Below are positions 9,625 through 18,643 of a stretch of DNA of 18,643 bases, in pieces (within the stretch, counting starts at the first letter, position 1; each line of letters starts with the position of its first letter). The DNA is from Takakia lepidozioides (lineage: Eukaryota; Plantae; Bryophyta): contig JAKLZA010000281.1 of NCBI GenBank assembly GCA_030704615.1, positions 1-18,643 of the forward strand, read 5' to 3'. Position numbers and translations under genes: made by a program. The notes under the pieces are model-generated. The model made no database searches, was not told the origin of the DNA, and saw nothing but the letters and a program-made list of their open reading frames with translations.

Positions 9625-10209
9625 TCACCAAGTCGACGGAACTTCGATAGCCCTCAAAACTAGCTCATTATTGATGCGGCATCTCGAGGTAAACTGCAAT
9701 GCGGTCGATCTGGTGCCCTTGGTGGAGCTGACGACAATGTCATACCCATCAATCATACCACCATCATACATCGACAAGGTCATTGTGGGCCTCCTGTGCC
9801 CGTGCGATTCGTCTTTGCAACTCAGCCGAATGTCTCCATACACTGGAAAAGCGGAGTGAACTCCACGAATATAGTTTTCCTTTCCCGGTGCCGTCCTCCC
9901 TGGTCCACTGTTCCATCCAATCCAGCGCCAAAGTGAGGCCGTGCGTGATCTGTCCGGCATCCCATTCCACCTTGGTATATTGAGGTCAACAATTTCAAGG
10001 ACCCACGGACCGCATTGACCCTCGCCCTCACCTCGCTCAAAGTGGTAATAGCCCTCCAGATACTCCATTGCGCGCAAAGACTCTCGCTCGATTCCAGATG
10101 CGTCTGTGAAAAGTGAAAGCCAGACAATGATGTCTCCTGATTGAGGTTTGAACATAGCATAATCGTGGCCATGATAAGGGCAGTCAGCAGGATTTCGGCG
10201 GCATGGCAT
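9625..10209 (-). CDS. ORF-L of copy B, open but with a short compensated frameshifted segment
   Basis: Near-identical translation to 1583-2161, except RWIGWNSGPGRTAPGKENY replaces RWNCCQWTREDGTGENY. Possibly non-functional. Confidence 0.6.
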   Translation of the reverse strand: MPCRRNPADCPYHGHDYAMFKPQSGDIIVWLSLFTDASGIERESLRAMEYLEGYYHFERGEGEGQCGPWVLEIVDLNIPRWNGMPDRSRTASLWRWIGWNSGPGRTAPGKENYIRGVHSAFPVYGDIRLSCKDESHGHRRPTMTLSMYDGGMIDGYDIVVSSTKGTRSTALQFTSRCRINNELVLRAIEVPSTW

Positions 10210-10348
10210 CCCTGAAAAAGAGTAGCGCAGTACGCTCAATGACAGCAGCTCCCGGATGGAGGAGGAAGCAGCGCGGTGGCTGGAAGAAATTCAAGCAAAC
10301 GCTGCAATCACCGTCATCAAAGACGTCCTCAGGTCCTCCTTTGCAAGG

Positions 10349-10908
10349 ATGCCGTGCTTCCGGAACCGGGACGATTGCCCTTATGGAGGCATCGATTATG
10401 CAATGTATTCGGCCACATCGGGAGACATCGTTATCTGGTACACAGATTACACAGAAGATATTGGTTCGAATGTGGAAACATTGTCCGCTTTTGAGTATCT
10501 ATCCCAGGCCAGTACACACTTCGAGCGGGGTGACGATCTTGGTCTGAGGAGTCCGTGTCTCCTGCGCATCCTTGATTCCGATTTTCCCAGCTACGACGGG
10601 CACCCATGCAGAAGAATGTGCACTGCTATGCTGTTGCGGTGGAACTGCTGCCAGTGGACGTGGGTGGACTCCATCGGAGAGACTTATACTCCTGAAGGAG
10701 TGCGCTCATCTTCTCCATTGTATGGGGACATTCGCATTGGTGTGGACGGCGAAACGTGAAGCTTTCCATATTCGATGGTGGTATGATTTGAAGGGCAGGA
10801 CATTGTGGTGAACATCAACAGGGGCGGTACAACGGCTGCAATCCAGTTTACCTGGAGGAGCCCCGAAGACTCATGAGCTAGTTGTGAGAGCAGTCGAAGT
10901 CCCATTGA
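10349..10908 (+). pseudogene. ORF-R of copy B, frameshifted in its C-terminal third
   Basis: Matches 2717-3271 until YGDIRIGVD, then small indels near 10750, 10787 and 10865-10895 break the frame. Confidence 0.75.
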
Positions 10909-11324
10909 CAACGTGACTTGTATTCAGTAGGCACAGGGCTAAAGATTTGTTTGCACAATCAGCACAGTAGACGTGCTTCAAATGCAATTCATGTGGATCA
11001 ATAAAAATCCCATTATGCCCTCTTTTTGTTCTATTCTGTATCCATCGTTCCCAAAATGCGTCATTCCTCATTTCGTTTGGGATTGGGAGTGTGGGTGGAT
11101 TTTGCAAGTGGCTGGTAGGCTGAAATGGGCCCCATTGTACAGATCAGTACCACCCTACCATTCGCGAAACATTGCCTTTCAATATGTAATTCTAAAAAAC
11201 ATTGCCGAACCTCCTTCATCGGGAGGTCCTCCCCCTATGACCGTGACACCCTAAACCCTATTCCCGCGGACACTCATTTCCGGAAAATAGTCCTGCTCAT
11301 GTTTTTTTCGACACTTACGACTCT

Positions 11325-11367
11325 GCTCATGGCTCATGGCTCATGGCTCATGAAATAGCAGCCCCCG
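11325..11367. repeat. Element terminus of copy B: (GCTCATG)x4 AAATAGCAGCCCCCG
   Basis: Read directly from the sequence; homology with copy A ends 4 bp later (TCAG). Confidence 0.75.
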
Positions 11368-11393
11368 TCAGTGGGCCGGGGGTAGGGCCACAG

Positions 11394-12337
11394 ATGGCGT
11401 TACAACCAACACGGGCAAAACCACATTTTCCAATATATTCAGGACACATTAGCCAATTTGAGCACATTGTATGGTGAACAATGAGAATGGCGATGATGCC
11501 AAGATGATACTGTTTCCTTGTTCACTTATAAAGAAAGCAAGTGAATGGTTTGCAAGATTCCCTGATAATCATTTCATAACCTGGAATGGCTTGAATACAG
11601 CATTCCAAAATAGGTTCAGGACAAGTAAAACTAAGGATGAAGTGTATGGAAGTTTACAACAGTTAAAGCAAAAGAAACATGAAACTGTTGAGGAATATAT
11701 GGAAAAGATGGAATTGATGATGAAAAAGCTGGCTGCTGTACCAGCACCAGGTTTACATAAGACTTGGTTTGTGAGTGGACTAGGCCAGAGTTGCAGAAGA
11801 AAGTGGATATGTTACCCCATAATACAGTGGAGGAGGCATTTGAAACAACGAACAGAATTGAGCAATTGGGAATGCTCAGGAGAGAGAAAATGGATGATGA
11901 GGACTCTGAGGATGAGTCAGATGAGGAAGAAGAGCAAGAGCTTAAGAGGACGAGTAAGAGACAGGAAAAGTTGAAGAGGGATAACTATGAGAAAAGATTA
12001 GAATAAATCTTGAAGTATGTCACAGAGGCTGCAACACATTGGAGGAAGGGTGTTTGGTGTGCAAAATGCCAGAATGAAGGCCATACCACCACTGAATGCC
12101 ACATGAAGGAGAAACACTGTACTATCTGTAAAATGGATAATCATTCTACTGAGAATTGTTACTACAACAGAAGGACAGCTGCAAGAGAACCTAGGCAAGT
12201 AAGGGTGCATCAAGTGCAGCCCCAGCCAAGAAGAACAGTGATCAGGACCACTATGGTAGGCCTGGTGGTTTATAACAATGGCATGGAAGGGAGAGGTAAT
12301 CCAAGAGGGAATTACCAAGGAAATTCCAGAGGCAACT
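11394..12337 (+). mobile_element. gag: Decayed Ty3/gypsy-type LTR-retrotransposon gag
   Basis: Retrotransposon-gag-like segment LFPCSL...ASEWF...ITWNGLNTAFQNRF...LQQLKQKKHETVEEYMEKM...WFVSGL/RPEL, followed by two CX2CX4HX4C knuckles (CAKCQNEGHTTTEC, CTICKMDNHSTENC) and an RGNY-rich tail. Frameshifts near 11470 and 11780, stop at 12004. Confidence 0.85.
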
Positions 12338-12554
12338 ATGTTAACCGTTGGTTTAACTTAGACAAAACAGGCTATTAACACTACTGCCCATTTCCTAAGA
12401 CATGCAACAGAGGTTGTCCGACGGTATGCTTTCAGAAACGATTACGAAGTAATCGTTTTAAGGATAGCTAAACCATGAACGTCGGATGAAGCCATATCCT
12501 TGCAGACTGCTTAATCCTATTGATTAAGACCAATCTACAGTCTCTTAAGCATAA

Positions 12555-13410
12555 TGTTAGAGGGCTGAATAGGACTTAGACGCTTTTACGGGATCTGTGG
12601 GGTACCCTTAATTTTTACAACAGACTGAGACCAACAGGAGCCTTAGGGGTGACAGCAACAGGCTTTAGGGGGGAAGATACATAGCCCGACACATTCCATC
12701 ACAGCCAACACAGCCCGTCAAAGTCCGACACAGCCATCACACAACACAAAGCTTTCGCACAGCAACACAGCCCCATCACAGTCCGACACACAGCCATCAC
12801 ACGCTTCGCACAGCCAACAGAGCCCGTCACAGTCCGACACATAACAGCCATCACCACAACCACAGCTTCGCACAGCCAACACGGCCCGTCACAGTCCGAC
12901 ACAGCCATCACAAGCTTCGCACAGCCAACACGGCCCGTCACAGTCCGACACAGCCATCCACAGCTTCGCCCAGCCAACACTGCCCGTCACACAGCCAGTC
13001 ACAGTCTGTTAGAGGACTGTAGGGGACTTAGAGACACTTATACGGGATCTGTAGGGTACCCTTAATTTTGCACAGACTGAGACCAACAGGAGCCTTAGGG
13101 GTGACAGGCAGCGCACTGTAGAGGGGGGTTACACAGTCGTCACACGCCGACACAGCCCGTCACAATCGTCACAGCCCACACACACAGCCGACACACCACA
13201 GCCGACACAAGCCCGTCACAGCCCACACAGCCAACACATCCCGTCACATTCGTCACAGCAACGCATCCCACACATCCCTTCACAGTCTTCACAGCAGACA
13301 CAGCCCACACAGCCGTCACAGCCCGGCACAGCCACACAGCCAGTCACATAGCCCATCACAGCCCGACACAGCCAAACACAGCCAGTCACCGCTTGACACA
13401 GCTGTCACGA
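12555..13410. repeat. Two direct ~400-450-bp units, each a ~100-bp head plus a CACAGCC/CCGTCACAG minisatellite; possibly part of an LTR
   Basis: Head TGTTAGAGG...GGGATCTGT.GGGTACCCTTAATTTT...CAGACTGAGACCAACAGGAGCCTTAGGGGTGACAG at ~12555-12656 and ~13007-13107, each followed by CA-rich degenerate repeats. Confidence 0.85.
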
Positions 13411-14787
13411 TAATAGGGAACGAGAGTAGGACAGGGAACGACTGTGGGAACACACCTGTGAAGGGACATGTTAGTTCACAACGACGGTTAGAGAGGGAAA
13501 CGGTTAGAACCACGGATAGGAGGATAAGGGAGAAACGGGGAATGAAGGGGATCATCATTATTCGGAGGAGGACTTCGGAGTCAGGCTGGAGCGGAGATCG
13601 GAGGCAAGAGATGGAGAGCACGATGAAGGAGAAAAGGATTAGTAGATGCTTGTTATATGCAAAGTTGTAGTGATATTGGAGAGTCAGTTAGAGACATAAT
13701 GCTTCGGCCTGATACCTGATAAATCATAATCTGATACATATACGATACAATCACACTGTGTAGAGAGATCTGAGAGAAGCTGTGGATTGAATGGATGAGT
13801 GAAGGAAACCGAATAGATTGATGAAGCAAACTGATACTTAATTATCATGCCAAGGTAGTTAAGATATGCGGAAAGGGAAACGCATAGGAAACACCCCCAT
13901 GATACACTAGCTGTAGGTCATGACTGATTGTGTCTGCGCGGGCTGGTACTTAGAGATTTCCAACTCTTCTATCTTGGAGTTTCCGCCTCGGATAGCGAAG
14001 GGATGGGTGAGTAAACGCCGCGCGACATTTGGCGACCATACTGGGGACCTGGGACATGAACAACCAGATGTGACAGGCATCTGGTGGGATCATGGTGGTT
14101 GGACCATTAAAGAATTTGAATTGAATCAAATTCCATGTGGAACGAAGGAAGAAAGATTGTCCAAACAATTCTTTCAAAGGTTCTTGGAATTGCCAGACGG
14201 ATGTAAAGAATAATTCTTAAACGAGTGCATGATGCTGATCCAGAATGGGGTGTAGTGTGAAAAGAAGGGGCGTGAATCCCCTTCTGGTTAATCCTAAATC
14301 TGTACTCCTCCTACTCGTCCCTGTTGAAGTATCAGGGCAAAGGAAAGGAGCGTTCTCTTTTCTGTCCAACCATCGTCATGAGGCTATATGGGTTTTTCCT
14401 TCAGGTTCGTTCGTGATCAGAGTTTGCGGAATCCTCATCCACGCCGCAGCGGAAGAGAAGACATGGATGGGAGTCTTTGGTTTGTTCTTGCCCTCGGTTC
14501 TACTTCTATGCAACAGCCTGGCCCTATGCTCATGCGCCAACATGTTGGCGTGATCTTTTATGTGATGCAAGCAGCCCAATGGCAGCGGTGAATACGACCC
14601 TAATGTGAACCCCCTGAGCAGTGACTGTCGGAAATCCCTTTTTGTAATGGTGACACAATTGAAGGAGACAGCTCAGATCTTCATAAACTGCAGGGGCACT
14701 GGTTTTCCTTCAGGATTCATGCTTTCTTCATCTCAATCTCCCAATTGGCCATCCCCCATCAACCCTTTTTTGCTGAGCAGCAGCTCA

Positions 14788-14812
14788 CTCTCTCTCTCTC
14801 TCTCTCTCTCTC
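14788..14812. repeat. (CT)n microsatellite
   Basis: About 12 perfect CT units. Confidence 0.95.
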
Positions 14813-17484
14813 TTTTCCTTTTCCTCGTCTGTTTCTCTATCTCTGTCTATGTCTACAGGGCTCCTTACTTCTTCACATACGAGCCCATCTATCACGTAAT
14901 GCAAATGCACACTCCGCCAGCATCCAGTGCAGCCAGCCTGACGTCATCCTTGGTCTCACAGGCAAAACCATCCCTTTCATCAGTCCTCTCTATCTCTCTC
15001 TCCATCTCTCGTCCTCTCTTCTCTCGTCAATAACTCAACCCTTCAACACGACCCCTTTCTTTCTTTTAACGATCCCCATTTCCCCAAAACACTCTCATCT
15101 CCTTCTGTCAGATTCAACCTGACTACCCAACATCTCTCGTTTCCCTTTTCAACAAAGGGCTTAGTCGTTTCATATCCTGATATACAATGCTGAAATTCAC
15201 AACCTTATCCCTTTTGTGTTTTCATACGTTCCAGCTACCCTCAGTTATCTCTCCAAGCAAACAAGCTATATCTACATTGGGTCCAGTGTATCACTACCCC
15301 CCCCCCCCGCAGCATTGTGTGCAGGTTTACACAACTGAAACAAGAACAAGAATGAAGACAACAGTGACCATTCTGTTTTCTGTGACAACAGTCTCTCTCT
15401 CTCTCTCTTCACTCATTTTTCTTACTGACACTACGACGGCAGGTGTATCCATTCTTTCCATGTTCTGGTTTGAAGTCCAGAGTCTCCATTCCATTTCCAA
15501 AAACCTTTTCCTCTATCACATGTCTCCACCCTTTCCTTTCAACAACCAGGCAGTCCTAAATCTACCAAAAGCGATTTCTAAGTCCACCCCAAAAGAAGAA
15601 GCCCACAGTCTACCAACTTATCTGTTTTTATCCTCCAGTGAAGCGGTGGGTCAGCCTGCCGAGATGGCACCTCACCATCGCCTGTCAGCAGCCACCACAA
15701 CCTTTTCTCCTTGTCTTGATTCCAGAGTTTATCATGCCATGATGTCTCCTCATCATCCTATGGAGCATCCTGTGGTTTGCCAACTAAATTGCTCTATTCT
15801 TCTATGCATGTAGCTCTTTAAGAACTGAAATGGACCTATAGCAAGAAGACAAAAAGGCAGCTAGAAGCCTGATTACAGATAACCTGTGTTGCCATCCAGC
15901 CAGCACTCCACATGCCTTATCACCTCCATTGATTGTGCTCAGATTCTCTTCCTTGTGCTTCTGGCAGGTGGCCGTTCTCCTTGCTTGCTCATCTGCCCAT
16001 AACTGTCATCTTCAAGACAGTGGCGCAGCGGTGGTGCGCCGCTCTCCTTACATGCTCCTATCTCCATGAATTGATCATCACAACGAGAAAGACGGCACCG
16101 CTTCCCTTTACACAGAATACCAAGCAGAGGCACTTAATGCTGCCCTCTAAACCAAGCGAAGTCCCACAGCGCAGGTACAACCTCTCAACACAGACTGCCC
16201 TGTCAACACCACAGCTCGCGGCAGCTGCTACGAATCGCCCGTCACCTTCCTCTTCGTTTTTTCTTCTCGCGGATTTTAGGTTGAGCATCAATGACGAAAA
16301 CGTTCATCGCATGGATGAAAAATGCATGGTCACGACTTAGCCATTTTTATTTTGGCAACGCATGAGTACAGTATGCCCACAAAATTACCTGTATGGAGGG
16401 ATATATCCCTCTTGCAGTTGGTATGAGGGCCCTCCCATATAGTGATGCAGGGTCTTAACGGTGAAGCCAAAATGTAATGTCACTCCCCTGCATTCACACT
16501 ACATATGTAGTGTGTCTCCCTTTTTTAAGTGTCAGGGTCCTCACTGACCACCTTCACTGGCTGACCACCCACTGGTGGTATGAATGGTTTCAAATCTCGC
16601 CTACTCTTACCCATTCCTTGTTTGCCCCATCTCTTAGCCTGCATTTGCGTGCAGCCTTCCCTTCCAGGATCATAAGGTACTCCCAACAGGTACATTGTGT
16701 TAATTCCCCTTCTGTTTCTGCTCCAGATATCTTGGAGAGGTCCGTTCATAATTTGTTTTTTGATTGTCATGCCTTGGCCTTCAGCAAAGGGAAACCCCTC
16801 TCTGCTCATAATCTTCATGGCCACTTCTGTCGGCTGGTGCGAGCAGGGTTTTCTCAAACTGACACCACCACCTGGTTTCCATGCAACTCATCATGCCAAT
16901 TTCATGGCCTTCTTCCCTGGCCACAGTTTTCGTGCTCCATCCCTGAGCTTGCATCGTCGTCCAGCCTCTCTTATTTAAGTGACAGTGTCCCGGCTGTCCC
17001 TTTGTTCCGCCGGCCAGAGCAAGTCCAATTTGTGACAATGCCTTCTTCCTCTTCTTGTATTTCATGCCAGGCAGGTCCTGATCTCCTTCCCATACAACCA
17101 GCGTTTCCCAATTTTGATGTTGCTCCCTGGCTCCTTGTTTTGAATCTCTCATCTACCACTTGTGCTCCCATCGACACTTGCACCTTTCGTACTGCCTCAT
17201 TTCCTGCATGCAGGTTGTCCTCAACAGCAGGCTGCAATTTCATTTGCATTGTTGGTGGCAAGTCATGGGCAACCCTTTGGTTACCATGCCTTCCTTCTTC
17301 CCTTTCAAACCACCTGCCCTCTTTAGAGATTCAGGGCTGGTGTATGCCTTGCAAGTAGAAGTGATCGTGACATGGTAGGCTTCATAGCCTCCACATCAAC
17401 TGCCCATCCATCTCTGAGCCTGAATTTCACAACCATGCTGGCATTCCTGAAATCATTGCACTCCATGAGAGCAGATTGGGTGGC

Positions 17485-17990
17485 ATACCCCTGCTCCATT
17501 TGTTCAAACAGTTGCAGGTCTGTGGCTTCAGAGCCATGCTGGGCATAACCTGCAATCATTACTCTCCATGGCCCCACTTTTCTGTGAGACATATTGTCAC
17601 ACACACCATTTTTGCATTCATGCTCCCAACGTTTGGCATACCTGTCAACAATGGCAGTCTCCATATGATATCTGGTGGCAAGACCCAGATTTGGATACTG
17701 TCACCATGGACCTCTTCGCCTTTTACCCGGTCTGCCAGGTCGCACATGCATTCAACACACACAGGAACCGTCACCTGTTTTGGGCTTCTCTCCTTCATCT
17801 CCAGCATCTGCCATGAGCTGCCTCCCATACAAGACATGCAGCTCCTTCACTTTAATGCTTGAGCTTGCACTGAGCATTCTCAGATGTCCTCGTGTTACCC
17901 GGATCCCATACCCTTTGTTGGGCATAGTTCATTGGCTGACTCTGAACGTTTATCAGGTCACCCAGGTCTTTCTCAGCAGAAAGGCCAACC
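17485..17990 (-). pseudogene. Decayed PLS-class pentatricopeptide-repeat (PPR) gene fragment
   Basis: PPR-like pieces spread over shifting frames: LEMKER.PKQVT...DLADRVKGEEVHGD..., TAIVDRYAK/GSMNAKMV, DNMSHRKVGPWRVMIAGYAQHGSEATDLQLFEQMEQG. Boundaries are approximate. Confidence 0.75.
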
Positions 17991-18441
17991 TTCTCTTCTG
18001 ATCCCTATGCATCCTCTCCATCCCAGATGCATCCTCTAAGAGAGTCAAACTTTGCTGCTAGTTTCCCCATTTTCCACAACAAGAGTGTTGAACCGTGAGA
18101 AGATTTCAAATCTTTCTTGTGACGGTACTCAAATCTCCCATCCTTTGTTTTGTGGGTGGGAATTCAAGTTTCCTTGTATCAACATCTACAGTTTCAAGGG
18201 CGGAGAGACACTCTGGCTTTTGGCACGAACTGGTGATTCAGCGGACTCACATCTGATCCCAAGTTGTCATGCAAGCTGATGTCTCTGGGTGTGCCACTCA
18301 ACCAACATCCACTTAACATACCATCTCCTTGTCCTCCTTCTCATGTGCTATATTGGTCGTATGTCCTCCTTACTTGAGTGTTCCGACTCCTTTGTATTCA
18401 GGTTCATTGTCCTCCTTTGTCTTGCATTGCGCACATCTCAC

Positions 18442-18451
18442 TCCCCCCCCA

Positions 18452-18482
<31 letters not shown>

Positions 18483-18485
18483 CCC

Positions 18486-18530
<45 letters not shown>

Positions 18531-18554
18531 ACTAAACCCATTGGTCCCCCCCCT

Positions 18555-18598
<44 letters not shown>

Positions 18599-18643
18599 CC
18601 CCCCCCCCCCCCCCGTGGTCGTTGATCCCCCCCCCCCCCCCCG
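18442..18643. repeat. Poly-C low-complexity tract at the window end
   Basis: About 200 nt of almost pure C with short interruptions; may be a sequencing or assembly artefact. Confidence 0.85.

Larger units (their letters stand above)
3748..11367 (+). mobile_element. Second copy (copy B) of the same element, interrupted or truncated on the left by the end of copy A
   Basis: Starts mid-reading-frame (QDLTTVEEDLTTEG...) directly after the copy A terminus and ends at the same terminal motif just before a Ty3 gag remnant. No transposase or RT motif recognised. Confidence 0.7.

Noticed and set aside
10256-10759. 167-aa ORF with a novel N-terminus MEEEAARWLEE
   Set aside because: A chimeric frame created by the intergenic deletion in copy B; the homologous start is ATG 10349.
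11340-11371. Canonical Helitron 3' end
   Set aside because: No CTRR terminus, no GC-rich subterminal hairpin at the expected position and no Rep/helicase motifs seen.
13920-17358. ORFs 13920-14213, 14605-15033, 15187-15813 and 16477-17358
   Set aside because: No recognisable motifs, and low-complexity S/L/P-rich translations from CT-rich DNA. The region may hold decayed repeats that I cannot identify.
18329-18535. Poly-proline (extensin/formin-like) ORF
   Set aside because: It is just the translation of the poly-C tract near the sequence end, which may itself be an artefact.

Overview
This is eukaryotic land-plant DNA, inferred to be from a fern or other non-seed plant on the basis of GT-AG introns, PLS-type PPR debris and a Ty3 gag remnant. 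Bases 1-11367 hold two diverged, same-orientation copies of one large element. Copy A (1-3743, left part outside the window) matches 7577-11367 of copy B, and its right end lands inside the first visible exon of copy B. The element carries four parts. (i) A 9-exon, ~1180-codon gene (3748-8111, now disabled) joining a ParB/Srx-like domain (WDGNHR) to a beta-class N6A/N4C DNA-methyltransferase-like domain (DMIILDIPDG ... VLDLICGTGAS ... RHLFAYEED). (ii) About 30 copies of a 22-bp palindrome GGAAATGCGG-NN-CCGCATTTCC, in arrays behind the gene, singly in three introns and between the next two genes, and not seen in any reconstructed exon. (iii) A head-to-head pair of paralogous ~190-aa ORFs of unknown function, with a 62-bp hairpin near their symmetry axis. 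(iv) A conserved end ...(GCTCATG)n AAATAGCAGCCCCC(C/G) followed by TCAG in both copies. No transposase is visible. The rest of the window is a decayed Ty3/gypsy gag, a CACAGCC minisatellite, unassigned sequence, a PPR pseudogene fragment and a terminal poly-C tract. All domain calls come from reading motifs by eye, not from database searches.
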